From Macrostomum lignano (lineage: Eukaryota): 64,000 nt of DNA. Shown one piece after another: positions 45,165 to 57,795 of the stretch. The first letter of the stretch is position 1. Each line of letters begins with the position of its first letter. The stretch is from contig NIVC01001181.1 of NCBI GenBank assembly GCA_002269645.1, forward strand, positions 186,001-250,000, read 5' to 3'. The position numbers and the translations under genes were made by a program. The notes under the pieces are model-generated. The model saw only the letters and a list, made by a program, of their open reading frames with translations, was not told the origin of the DNA and did no database searches.

Positions 45165-45608
45165 CTGGCCAGCCACCCAGATCCTCAGTTGCTGGGCCAG
45201 CCTCCCAGATCCTCAGTTTCTAGGCCAGCCACCCAGATCCTCAGTTGCTGGGCCAGCCTCCCAGATCCTCAGTTGCTGGGCCAGCCTCCCAGATCCTCAG
45301 TTGCTGGGCCAGCCTCCCAGATCCTCAGTTGCTGGGCCAGCCTCTCAGATCCTCAGTTGCTGGGCCAGCCTCCCAGATCCTCAGTTGCTGGGCCAGCCTC
45401 TCAGATCCTCAGTTGCTGGGCCAGCCTCCCAGATTCTCAGTTGCTGGGCCAGCCTCTCAGATCATCAGTTGCTGAGCCAGCCTCTCAGATCATCAGTTGC
45501 TGGGCCAGCCTCCCAGATCCTCAGTTGCTGGGCCAGCCTCCCAGATCCTCAGTTGCTGGGCCAGCCTCCCAGGACCTCAGTTGCTGAGACAGCCTCCCAG
45601 ATCCTCAG
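45165..45608 (+). repeat. 28-bp minisatellite GGGCCAGCCTCCCAGATCCTCAGTTGCT
   Basis: About 15 copies. Confidence 0.96.
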
Positions 45609-45629
45609 AAAAAACAAATGAACACTCAC

Positions 45630-46153
45630 ATTGGTCTGCTGTAACTCCGGAGTTAATTTACGCATAGCCGTGACAGCTAATGAGTCCACTTGGTCCCGGC
45701 TCAGTCCCAGACTCAAACGCGGCTCGGAAGCCCAACAGGCCAACAGTTCGCAGAGCGCGTCGGCTCGACAATCCTTGGCCAGGTAGCGAACTGATAAATC
45801 AGCGATTCGATCTGCCGGCAGAGGCACGTCGGAGTGCAGGCGGGTGAGCAAGCTCAGACCGTCGGCAATCACAGGTGAGGACAGCAGCACTAGCAGGCCC
45901 AAGTCTACTAGCGCTTCAGCGCGATTTCTCGATAGCAACGTTGGCAATGGGCTGGCCAGACGGAGGGACGAGATCGGCTTCCTGTCAGCGATTGCCGCCT
46001 TGCCCAGGTAGGCCACAACGTCCAGGTGAAGCTGCAGACAGCGGATGAGGCTGCGCAGCTCCTTCTCGGGCAGGCGGAGAATTCTGGCAGCTTCGGGGCC
46101 GCCGGCGGCCGGGTCCTGCTGGGTCAGGGACTTCATGGCCTGGCGGAGGTGGC
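45630..46153 (-). CDS. ZFYVE26: ZFYVE26/spastizin exon (HLRQAMKSL...LQLHLDVVAYL...PLPTLL...LQQTN)
   Basis: Acceptor tccgcag and donor GTGAGT; 524 nt, phase 1/0. Matches DHLKIYL...LQLQMEVTRFL...LPLPTLFG. Confidence 0.85.
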
Positions 46154-46251
46154 CTGCGGAGTCCGAAGGGGGGTATTATTTTGCAGTGGACAGCTCCGTA
46201 ATGACTGGGATCTTTGTACTGCTGAGGGTCGTGGAGGTGTTGAATAAGTAT

Positions 46252-46769
46252 GCTGAGAATCTGGGAGGCTGGCCCTGCAACTGAGAATCTGGGAGGCTGG
46301 CCCTGCAACTGAGAATATGGGAGGCTGGCCCAGAAACTGACACTCTGGGACCCTGGCCCAGCAACTGAGGATCTGGGAGGCTGGCCCAGGAACTTGGGAT
46401 CTGGGAGGCTGGCCCAGGAACTTGGGATCTGGGAGGCCAGCCAAGAAACTGGGGATCTGGGAGGCCAGCCAAGAAACTGGGGATCTGGGAGGCTGGCCCA
46501 GCAACTGAGGATCTGGGAGGCTGGCCCAGCAACTGAGGATCTGGGAGGCTGGCCCAGCAACTAACACTCTGGGAGGCTGGCCCAGCAACTGAGGATCTGA
46601 GAGGCTGGCCCAGGAACTTGGGATCTGGGAGGCCAGCCAAGAAACTGGGGATCTGGGAGGCTGGCCCATCAACTGATGATCTTAGAGGCTGGCCCAGCAA
46701 CTGAGGATCTGGGAGGCTGGCCCAGCAACTGGCACTCTGGGAGGCTGGTCTAGCAACTGAGGATCTGGG
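46252..46769 (-). repeat. Inverted array of the same 28-bp minisatellite (CTGGGAGGCTGGCCCAGCAACTGAGGAT)
   Basis: The unit is the reverse complement of the 45165-45608 unit. Confidence 0.96.
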
Positions 46770-46853
46770 AAGATAAAGACTTAACCAGATTAACAGAAAA
46801 TTTGAACTAGACAGAGCGCAAAAACTGACACAGCTGTCACCATAGCAACCCAC

Positions 46854-47307
46854 CAATAGCCCTCTCTAGCGGCTCCTTCCTACTCGCAGCAGCTAGCTGA
46901 GCGTAGCTGGTCGCACCGCGCAGGTGAAACTCGTGCACGCAGGTCATGGCGGCTCGAACGTGGTCCCCGGTTCGACACTGCAGCTGGTAGAGCGGCTGAA
47001 ACAGGCCGGCCCTGTCTAAACAGCCGCAGATTCTGGGCAGGCACGGCTGCCAGAAATCCGGTTGTTGGTCCAAGGCTCTCTCTAGGAGCAGCACAAGCAC
47101 TTCTGCGTTGCCAGACTGAATCGCTGGATTAACCAGGCCCTCCACTATCGGCTCAATGGATACCGAGTGTTCAACGCAGAAGGCCAACGCAGATTCTAGT
47201 CGTTTATGACGCATAAGAAAGTTTAGCCGGCTAAGGTAAGTGCCGTAACGGTGCAGGTAGTATTGGCACTCAGACTCTAAGTCAAACTGGCAAAACCGTC
47301 GCAATTG
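46854..47307 (-). CDS. ZFYVE26: ZFYVE26/spastizin exon (ECQYYLHRYG...DHVRAAMTCVHEF...SYAQL)
   Basis: Matches human ECLFYLHNYS...DQVRAAMTCIRFF...SYTEL. Acceptor ccacag and donor GTGGGT; 454 nt, phase 0/1. Confidence 0.9.
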
Positions 47308-47367
47308 CTGTGGAAATGTTTTGTTTAAAAATAATAAGTGGTTTTATAAAGACTAACAGTCAGTCAG

Positions 47368-48330
47368 TTTGCAGTGCCTACCACTGTCTCGGTGAATGTG
47401 TCTGCCACTGTTTCGGTGAATGTGTCTGCCTGCCACTGTCTCGGTGAATGTGTCTGCCACTGTCTCGGTGAATGTGTCTGCCACTGTCTCAGTGAATGTG
47501 TCTGCCACTGTCTCGGTGAATGTGTCTGCCAATGTCTCGGTGAATGTGTCTGCCACTGTCTCGGTGAATGTGTCTGCCACTGTTTCGGTGAATGTGTCTG
47601 CCTGCCACTGTCTCGGTGAATGTGTCTGCCTGCCACTGTCTCGGTGAATGTGTCTGCCTGCCACTGTCTCGGTGAATGTGTCTGCCACTGTTTCGGTGAA
47701 TGTGTCTGCCTGCCACTGTCTCGGTGAATGTGTCTGCCTGCCACTGTCTCGGTGAATGTGTCTGCCTGCCACTGTCTCGGTGAATGTGTCTGCCTGCCAC
47801 TGTCTCGGTGAATGTGTCTGCCTGCCACTGTCTCGGTGAATGTATCTGCCTGCCACTGTCTCGGTGAATGTATCTGCCACTGTCTCGGTGAATGTATCTG
47901 CCTGCCACTGTCTCGGTGAATGTATCTGCCACTGTCTCGGTGAATGTGTCTGCCTGCCACTGTCTCGGTGAATGTATCTGCCTGCCACTGTCTCGGTGAA
48001 TGTATCTGCCTGCCACTGTCTCGGTGAATGTATCTGCCACTGTCTCGGTGAATGTGTCTGCCTGCCACTGTCTCGGTGAATGTATCTGCCTGCCACTGTC
48101 TCGGTGAATGTGTCTGCCTGCCACTGTCTCGGTGAATGTATCTGCCACTGTCTCGGTGAATGTGTCTGCCACTGTCTCGGTGAATGTGTCTGCCACTGTC
48201 TCGGTGAATGTCTGCCACTGTCTCGGTGAATGTGTCTGCCACTGTCTCGGTGAATGTGTCTGCCTGCCACTGTCTCAGTGAATGTGTCTGCCTGCCACTG
48301 TCTCAGTGAATGTGTCTGCCTGCCACTGTC
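47368..48330. repeat. 24/28-bp minisatellite CTGCCACTGTCTCGGTGAATGTGT
   Basis: About 37 copies. Confidence 0.96.
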
Positions 48331-49059
48331 GCTGTCACAGCGACTGTCAGTCTTAGATGGATCTGCCATTGTGACCTTCCAGTGGCCCTTGTTGCGGCCC
48401 TATTTAATATATATTTATCACAGTGATATTTTTCTATTGAAAAAGCTACCTGTCATCCAGCTGAGGAAACTCTAATGAAAAGCACGCACTAAACCGAGCG
48501 AACTCAAAGATGTCAAACAAAAAAGCAAATATGGAACGGAAAATGAGAGCCGCTCGAAGAGGCGGCCTGGGATGGCAAAAAGGTTTTGACCAAAATTGGG
48601 AAGCCGAAATTTGATCCCAGAGAGGAACTGAGGCTGCTTCCGAGAGCTTAGCAAAATAGCGACATCACTGTTTTAAAAATCGGCATGGAGAGATTCTCAT
48701 GATGAAGGGGGGATGCTGAAAAATGACGAACCCCCAAAGATTGATGGGAAACCAGAGTGCTCAGGGTTATGCTAATTACTTTGGCTAAATTTATCCCCAG
48801 GATCACAAAACATCTTTACCGTTTTCCTCTTTGAAAGCGAAGACCCGCAATGTCTCAGAAGAAATGCATTTGCCAGCAATCTGCCCGTCAAACTGTTATT
48901 TCAAAATAAATAAATGGATTCCCACTGTACTGTTTGACTGTTATCTGGCGAAAATAATACAGAATATTTGAGCATAGTACCGGAGCAAAACCATTCGCGC
49001 TTTTGTGTGATTGACTATTTAATTTGGAGTACGATTGAATTTTGTGTATTTATTCACCC

Positions 49060-49330
49060 AGACACTCAACTCATTTACTCACTCATTAAAATGAGTGAAT
49101 AAGCGAGTGAGTGAGTCCTTTCACTCACTCACTCACTCATTCACTCACTCACTCACTCACTCACTCACTCACTCACTCACTCATTCACTTATTCACCTGC
49201 TCTCTCTTTCACTCACTCACTCACTCACTCACTCACTCACTCACTCACTCACTCACTCACTCACTCACTCACTCACTCACTCACTCACTCACTTCCTCAA
49301 CTGTTCACTAACTCGGCCACTTATGCATGA
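49060..49330. repeat. (TCAC)n microsatellite
   Basis: Direct reading of the sequence. Confidence 0.95.
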
Positions 49331-50007
49331 ACTCACTCGCTAACTAAAAAAAGCAAGCGAACTAACACTTAAATGTTTTCGAACTGACAAATCTACAAAA
49401 CCTACCCAAAAAACCAACTTACTCACTAGCTAATTACATTTCTCAATCGGGCACGACAAAAACTGATAGAAAAATCAGCTAGCCCAGACTCCATTAAGAA
49501 ACAAATTATTGTCGAAAGCGGAAAATTAAATTACATATAGTTGTAACTTGAAACTGTCTCTCTTGTCCTACAAAATCCAGCTTCTCTGGCACACAAATTC
49601 GAGTATAAGGCGATCAACAAAATGTACAAAACGCAACTGCAGGCCTCAAGACCTTAGTAATAACTAATGGATAGGCCTCGCGACCAATGGAGCAATGGAT
49701 GGACGAGGGTAGGAGGAGAGGAAGGGAGGAATCGGCCAGGCCACAAATGATAGAAGAGCCAACTGTGAAAGCAAAATCTAATAAAGACGACTGAGAGACT
49801 CTTTTATAGCAAACGGAGGCAAGCAAAAAACGAAGAATTGTGGAATCCTTGCACCAGGAATTCTAAAGAGCTAGTGAATAAAAATTTCTATTGCAATACC
49901 TGTAACAAAATTCTATTGCTAATCCAATGAGCAGTATAAGGAATATGTAAGTTTGAATTGACTTTCGATGACGTAAATTTCGCATACAGTGATGGCTTGA
50001 TGGGTGC

Positions 50008-50762
50008 AGAGTAGAGAATGGGAGAGAGTAGAATATAGAATAGGAGAGAGTAGAATATAGAATGGAAGAGATTAGAATACAGAATAGGAGAGAGTAGAAT
50101 ATAGAATGGGAGAGAGTAGAATATAGAATAGGAGAGAGTAGAATATAGAATGGAAGAGATTAGAATACAGAATAGGAGAGAGTAGAATATAGAATGGGAG
50201 AGAGTAGAATATAGAATAGGAGAGAGTAGAATATAGAATGGGAGAGAGTAGAATACAGAATAGGAGAGAGTAGAATATAGAATGGAAGAGATTAGAATAC
50301 AGAATAGGAGAGAGTAGAATACAGAATGGGGGAGAGTAGAATACAGAATAGGAGAGAGTAGAATATAGAATGGAAGAGAGTAGAATACAGAATAGGAGAG
50401 AGTAGAATATAGAATGGGAGAGAGTAGAATATAGAATAGGAGAGAGTAGAATATAGAATGGAAGAGAGTAGAATACAGAATAGGAGAGAGTAGAATATAG
50501 AATGGAAGAGAGTAGAATATAGAATAGGAGAGAGTAGAATATAGAATAGGAGAGAGTAGAATACAGAATGAGGGAGAGTAGAATATAGAGTGGGAGAGAG
50601 TAGAACATAGAATGGGAGAGAGTAGAATATAGAGTGGGAGAGAGTAGAACATAGAATGGGAGAGAGTAGAATACAGAATGGGAGAGAGTAGAATATAGAG
50701 TGGGAGAGAGTAGAACATAGAATGGGAGAGAGAGTAGAATATAGAATGGGGGAGAGTAGAAA
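50008..50762. repeat. 22-bp minisatellite GAGAGTAGAATATAGAATAGGA
   Basis: About 34 copies. Confidence 0.95.
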
Positions 50763-51308
50763 ACCTAGAATTTCTAAGAATCGTCGTTGCACCGTGATGC
50801 AATGCGCAAAAGGAAATAGAAATGAGATGCATAAATACTTATCTAATATTTGAGGCGTTACTAAGGCTAAGCCAATGTAAAGATGCAGACACATTGATAA
50901 ATAAAAAATTAAAATATGACCCAGCTAATAGACGCAACAATAAATTGAAGAGAGCGTTGAGCGCGTGATACTTAACTCGGTGTGTGAGTTTTATGATGCA
51001 TTTTTTCGACAAAATTAAACTACAAAAGCTTTATAATCCTAAAAGAAAGGATTATGTCGCATATTTAGCGCTCACAGACAGTAGACTGTAGACATCAATT
51101 TTTAATGGACAAATGCAGTAAGGATGTTCCCGAAAAAAATTGATAAGATCGATTGATAGATTTTTATTTCACTCACCAATTCTGGCTCCTTGAGCAGTTG
51201 ATCAGCAGATTTTGTAATCTCAATGATTTTTGGCAGCTGTAACGAAGTAAATATGAGTGCATTATATCTTAGTTTGAGGTTTCTTTGCAACTTTACAGAA
51301 ATAGTCCT

Positions 51309-52140
51309 CTAGCAATAGACTCCGACACAGGGTGAGGACCCTAGCAATAGACTCCGACACAGGGTGAGGACCCTAGCAATAAACTCCGACACATGGTGAG
51401 AACCCTAGCAATAGACTCCGACACATGGTGAGAACCCTAGCAATAGACTCCGACACAGGATGAGGACCCTAGCAATAGACTCCGACACAGGATGAGGACC
51501 CTAGCAATAGACTCCGACACAGGGTGAGGACCCTAGCAATAGACTCCGACACAGGATGAGGACCCTAGCAATAGACTCCGACACAGGATGAGGACCCTAG
51601 CAATAGACTCCGACACAGGGTGAGGACCCTAGCAATAGACTCCGACACAGGATGAGGACCCTAGCAATAGACTCCGACACAAGATGAGGACCCTAGCAAT
51701 AGACTCCGACACAGGGTGAGGACCCTAGCAATAGACTCCGACACAGGGTGAGGACCCTAGCAATAGACTCTGACACAGGGTGAGGACCCTAGCAATAGAC
51801 TCCGACACAAGATGAGGACCCTAGCAATAGACTCCGACACAGGGTGAGGACCCTAGCAATAGACTCCGACACAGGGTGAGGACCCTAGCAATAGACTCCG
51901 ACACATGGTGAGAACCCTAGCAATAGACTCCGACACAAGATGAGGACCCTAGCAATAGACTCCGACACAGGGTGAGGACCCTAGCAATAGACTCCGACAC
52001 AGGGTGAGGACCCTAGCAATAGACTCCGACACATGGTGAGAACCCTAGCAATAGACTCCGACACAAGATGAGGACCCTAGCAATAGACTCCGACACAGGG
52101 TGAGGACCCTAGCAATAGACTCCGACACAGGGTGAGGACC
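51309..52140. repeat. 32-bp minisatellite CTAGCAATAGACTCCGACACAGGGTGAGGACC
   Basis: About 26 copies. Confidence 0.96.
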
Positions 52141-52242
52141 GTATCTATATTAAAATATAGTTCAAAAGAGGGTAGGAGCCGATGAATAGACTAAATTCCA
52201 ATTCCGGCACAGGGTAAGGGTGCCATACTGCCACTCACTCAC

Positions 52243-52347
52243 CATGCCAACGGTACCATTGGCGTGCATCTCTTCCAGCTTTTTAATCACTTCATCCAGC
52301 AGCTGAGTGGACGAACTCTTTTGAACGGAATTTTTGTCCACAGCGAC
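52243..52347 (-). CDS. ZFYVE26: ZFYVE26/spastizin small exon (VAVDKNSVQKSSSTQLLDEVIKKLEEMHANGTVGM)
   Basis: Manual translation; acceptor tttacag and donor GTGAGT; 105 nt, phase 0/0, bridging the flanking exons. Resembles GSRLVQDVVEYLE. Confidence 0.78.
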
Positions 52348-52769
52348 CTGTAAATTGTTTGGGCGTTATTCCATTTTTGTAGAATCTCAACGAACTTGAA
52401 ACTAGATTGAAAAAAAGACGACTACGCAGCAATTATTTTTCCTTTCCATTGAATAAAAAAACAGGATTGCACAGGCGCATTTGCATATAGTCAAAACAGA
52501 ATCCAACTCTGTTGAAACTCGAAAGCAATTTTTACACTAGGGATGCAACTAAAACCTAAAAAAACTATTAAATTTTTAAGTTGTAGTTTTCATTTACATG
52601 TAAATGTTGCAACGAGCCAGAGTTTTGACAAGATTTCGCCTCTAATCTATCGGAATTTCCAGTACTCGATTGAAATATGACGATATGTCTACAACCGTAG
52701 GAAAAATTACAAAGACATTGAGATGCAAGACGAAAGAAACTGGAATGATAAATAGACAGATACAAAACA

Positions 52770-52959
52770 CAGACAGAAAGACAGACAGACACTAAGACAG
52801 ACACACTAAGGCAGATAGACAGACAGACAGAGAGACAGACAGACAGACACTATGACAGGACACTATGACAGGTAGACATGAATACATACAGACATACATA
52901 CAGACAGACAGACAGATACTAAGACAGACAGACAGACACTAAGGCAGACACACTAAGGC

Positions 52960-53000
<41 letters not shown>

Positions 53001-53110
53001 CTATGACAGGACACTATGACAGGTAGACATGAATACATACAGACATACATATAGACAGACAGACAGATACTAAGACAGACAGACAGACACTAAGGCAGAC
53101 ACACTAAGGC

Positions 53111-53155
<45 letters not shown>

Positions 53156-53352
53156 CTATGACAGGTAGACATGAATATATACAGACATACATACAGACAG
53201 ACAGATACTAAGACAGACAGACAGACACTAAGGCAGACAGACAGACAGACACTAAGGCAGACACACTAAGGCAGACAGACAGACAGACAGACAGACAGAT
53301 AGATAGATAGATAGACACTAAGACAGGTAGATAGACAGACAGGTAGATAGAT
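52770..53352. repeat. GACA-derived complex microsatellite with CACTAAG variants
   Basis: Direct reading of the sequence. Confidence 0.93.
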
Positions 53353-53442
53353 AGCCAGTAGTTCATGCAATTTTTAACTTTACTCGCACTTGTCAGCTAT
53401 TGACTACAAGTTAATCGCAACACCATCGCATTTCTTCCACAG

Positions 53443-54224
53443 AAGCTGCATCAAGAATCTGAGCATCGAATGGGAGGATTGCTCCGGCTGCGGTCCATTG
53501 CGTCTGGACGAGGCCTCGTGGTGGAGAGCAACAATCGTGCTAGTGATTTCTCTGCTAGCAGTGCCAACCAACCTGCTAGTAATAGTGGTTGTCAAACAGA
53601 CGCCAGCTCTGCACAATAATCAGTGCATCTACATGGTGGCGCTGGCTATTAGCGATCTTAGCGCCGGTCTGTGCTTTCTATGCACATCGTTTCGCTACGC
53701 TGTGACAGGCTACGGGCCAAGGAGCTGGGTAGAACTGGAACTCGGAGCTTGGATGTACTACCTGGCGTTGACCACCGGACTAATACTGACGGTGAGCATC
53801 GGACTGGACAAATTGCACCAGATTAACTGGCCATACAGCTACGACCGAGTCATGTCCAGACGCAAAGTGATTGGCATCGTTCTCGGCATCTGGCTGGGCA
53901 TAGCTGTGCTCAGTTGCTTGCCAACACGTATAGTACCAATCAGCGGTTACTATTACGAGTTTACTAGCAGCACTCTAATGTTTAATACTAGAGCGTGTAA
54001 AGGCGAAAATGAACCCGATATGAGTCTGTTAATAGTCCGCATCTCTCTGTTCCTGTTCCTAATTCTGGTACTGTTCGGCGGCTACGGAACTATATTAGTC
54101 ATTACACGACGCCACGTGAGACGAATGCGCAGCATGCAGCACTGCAGTGTACCGCTGGCTCCGACTAGCAGCAAAGAGGACGGACAGGCTCAGGAATCGG
54201 CTCTCGACACTGCTGAGACAAAAG
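53443..54224 (+). CDS. Class A (rhodopsin-like) GPCR, TM1-TM5 exon; the 3' boundary is uncertain
   Basis: TM1 PTNLLVIV, TM2 LAISDL, TM3 ending LDKL (DRY position), TM4 GIW..P, TM5 ..GGYGTI. Likely acceptor ttccacag at 53441-53442. There is no upstream in-frame ATG, so a 5' exon is missing. The donor could be at 54224 (G/GTCTTC) or earlier (CAC/GTGAGA). Confidence 0.85.
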
Positions 54225-54634
54225 GTCTTCTTTTATTTCATCTGGGTCCGTTGTCAGTTCCATTTTTCTAGTTGGGACAAAATTTTTCCTAAGTAGTAAA
54301 TACCAAAATTATCCGGACATTAAGATATAGGAAAGGTCCTGGAAGATAGGAAACTTTTACGTCAGCCGTACTTTCTAACTTTCGAATAAAAAACAATATT
54401 ACAAGTTCATTGTTCAATTTTTAGTTTCTGGTGGCCATGCCTCAAAATTTGATTAAAGCAGTTAAAAAAAATAAAACATCTTTTTCCCAAAAAGCAAATG
54501 CCTCGTCATCTAAACTTTGAACGCATCTTTTATCAGAATATTCGATCACAACCAAAGTACGAACGTGTGATATCATGATTCTAGAATTCAGCAAACTATC
54601 ATTCATCTCCCCACACTCCTACATAATAATAAAG

Positions 54635-54978
54635 GCACTAACAGTCTGCAGAACAAATGGGAACGGACCAAAGGTAATTTACGCGGCTGGATCACTAACG
54701 CTTGCATCATATTGGGCTTCTTAGTCTGCTGGCTGCCATTCTTTATCTACAAGATAGTAATAGCGAGAACAGCCAGCAGCGAGACAGAATCTGCTCAGTT
54801 TGTTATCGCCTGGTTCGCCATCATCTACACCAGCCTGAACGCTGTGATTTACGGCGGCACCTATCGACCGTTCAAGAACGGCCTAGCCAGGTATACGAGC
54901 CGTTTTCGTAACAAAAGACAGCAGCAATTGTTGCAGACAATGGGACCAAGGGGAAGCCATTCTGCTGGTCGAGGATAA
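54635..54978 (+). CDS. Class A GPCR, TM6-TM7 and C-tail exon; the 5' boundary is uncertain (54635 or 54652)
   Basis: GFLVCWLPFF (CWxP), WFAIIYTSLNAVIYG (NPxxY position), helix 8 RPFKNGL, stop TAA at 54978. Confidence 0.85.
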
Positions 54979-57349
54979 AACACAAGTTTTTAAACAAATA
55001 CTTGAATTTTTCGTTCATTTTTTTTCCTAAACTAGCTTTTGTTGACGTGTTGGTGAATACTACGTAAAATAGAATTTTCTGAATGTATAAAAAGATGTGT
55101 TTATTAGTGTTGTAATTATTTTATTCTATAAAATACTTAAGCATATACTATCAAACGATTTATTACATTCTGTGTCCTACTTTTGTGTACGAGCGTATGG
55201 GTACAAGCTTTCAATTTTCAAGCCCTTGCCATTAAATTCGCGAATATTAAGGGAATTAGTAGCTATTATTTTATTATTCTTTGTAAATGCAGTCTAATAA
55301 TTACACTAGTTAAATGGTAGGTAGATTTCTCTCTATTAGAATTAGGTTCTTCTGTATGTCTAAACGTGCATATGGGCTTATTTTTGTGGTTAACTGAGCT
55401 TCGTTGTCGCCTGCGAGATTTATATTGCCTCCAATATAATATTACAATAAAAAAGTACGAGTGTATAAGCGCACTGGCTGGCGCGAATTGCTAACCAGCT
55501 ATGCTATTCACGCTTATCCACGGAAACATTGGCCTCATTAGGCTCAACAATAAAAGTTGGAAACTACGCAGAATACTGCAGTGTATCTCAGTCGCACACT
55601 TCCTCGGGCCAATTAGTCATTTTTCTTACCTCGAATTATTACTAATAAAGTTTGACTGCGCTGGTAAATTTCTTCCTAGAAGAAATCATGGCCCACTTTC
55701 AAGAAGGGAATGCTTTCAAAAAAGTTTTTCTTTAGTGTCTGCGAGGCACTTAAAGAGGCCTGGGAGGTCTGGTAAGGGTTCATAGGACCTGGGGACTTTG
55801 GTTACTTTGGCCTGTTGGATCCAAATTTGCAATTCGGTGTATGTCTACACTCGTACAGAAAATAATTCGATGCTTAAATCAGTTCATAAACCTTACTAAA
55901 GCTCCAAAAGAAAGATTATAATAAGGTCGCTCACAAGAATAGAGAGCGCAGAAGAGATCCTTACGCATCTTATTCACTTGATTTTAGATCCGCAACCTTC
56001 TCTCATCCTACTCTTCATTCATTCACTGTAAAGGAAGTTCGTGCATTCAGGTAGAAAACTGGCCAAGGTTTGAAAGAAAGTGGAAAGCAAAAGCGTGCAA
56101 GCAGTAAAACGGGTATATACACTCGTTACTTGCGTACTTCCGATGAAAGTAGAGAGGAGGAAGAGACCGTATAGGAGGAAAGAGAAACTGCGCAGCAAAG
56201 AGACCAAGATGGAGATCCAAAAAGAAACTATCAAAAAGACGGAGCGTTTTAATCGTTACAAAAGCCTACGGGTCAAGACGTCTTAACAGACAATCTTTCT
56301 TATAGATTTTTCACCTTTCAACGAAACTCTTAGAGCATAATCTATTCAATTTCTGCACTGGTTGTCTCTTTTAGTCTTTTTGTCTCCAAATCTTTGTCAA
56401 AACAATTAGGAGAATGCAAAAGATTGAGGCGACGAAACCCCCGTTGTTTGTTGCAGTTGAGCCCAGCTTCTGACTTTGAGCTACGGACTCCTAAAAAATT
56501 GACAGATAGATGCGAGATGCCCAGTCGCTGAAAACAAAAGAACCTTTTTTATTGCCAAACAGAGACCAGCTCTGACTAAGTCTGTCAGGGGGGATGTCTC
56601 TCCAAATTTAGTATTAGAATTTAGAACTGGCGTTTGTTTCATTGTCTGCCAGACAAATGCTGCAAAAAAGGGGCTTTGAAACGCCCCAATGCGCCAGGAA
56701 GCTTTGAACAGGCTCGAGCTTAACAAAGGGTGAAAACTTTTTCTCTTTCAGAGGCAGATGGATTCTAAATGCATTGGTTTCGTTTTGTTCATTTAAAAGT
56801 GCAACTTTATGACCGAATTGGATTAGGGATAGCAGATCAAGCGATTTAAATAGGGAAAGCAGATCAAGCGAGGTTAATAAATTAGCGTACAAATATTTAC
56901 CCAGTTATACGTGAAGGGCTCGGAGACTCCCAAATCGTTAAGGAATGGATAGATCCTGACGAATATATCTCTTTCAATTAGGGGGGCAACAAATACCAAA
57001 GTTTATGGCAGAACCAAGCACCTGGAGTGACTGCGTGCCACATGTGACTGTTCACTACGCTTCCACTAGTGAGCCCGACATGTAGTATATACAAAACCAG
57101 TCTTTAATGACCTTTCTTGACTGTTGAAGTGTAGAAATTTGCTAACGATGCATTTGGAATACTTGTAAAGATTGTACCCAACTGAGGTTAGGGCTCAAGA
57201 GCCCCCCTTCAAGACAGTGCACAGTCAGTCCAATTGGCTGGTTAGATTTTCAGATCCTTTTGAATTAGTTTGCCACGGAAAAAGAGAATTTCATTCAGTG
57301 CAATGGCATCTGCCCAGTGCTATTTTTTTGCTATTTTAAGTACTGAACT

Positions 57350-57735
57350 CTCTTCTCTCTACTGAGTACACCCTCTCCCCTACTCTCGCACTCCATATCT
57401 CAGACACCCCAACTCTCTCTCTCTCTCTCTCTCTCTCTCCCCCAAACACTACTCTCTCAGACTATCCCTCTATCCCACACTGTCCATTTCTTCCATTCTC
57501 ACTCCCTCCCACACTCTCCCTCTGTCTAACACTTTCCCTATCTTCCACTTCCCCTCTCTCCTCCCACAATTCCTCTCCCCCTCTTTCCCACACACTCTCT
57601 CTCACTCCCCTATCTCCCAAACCCCCCCTCTCACCCACACTTCCTCTCTTCCACTTCCCCTCTTTACCACATTCCCTCTCTCCACTTCCCCCCTCTCCTA
57701 CGCTCCTCTCTCTCTCACGCTCTCCACTCTCTCAT
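57350..57735. repeat. CT-rich low-complexity tract
   Basis: Direct reading of the sequence. Confidence 0.85.
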
Positions 57736-57795
57736 CAAGGTCCAAAATCAAATATAGAAACTGAGCATTTAAAAACTCTAATCACCTCTACTTAC

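Noticed and set aside
46252-46769. CTGAGGA followed by a CTGGG/CCCAG stem in the 28-mer, resembling a hammerhead
   Set aside because: The stem is followed by CAA rather than the required GAAA, and no stem I/III pairing exists.
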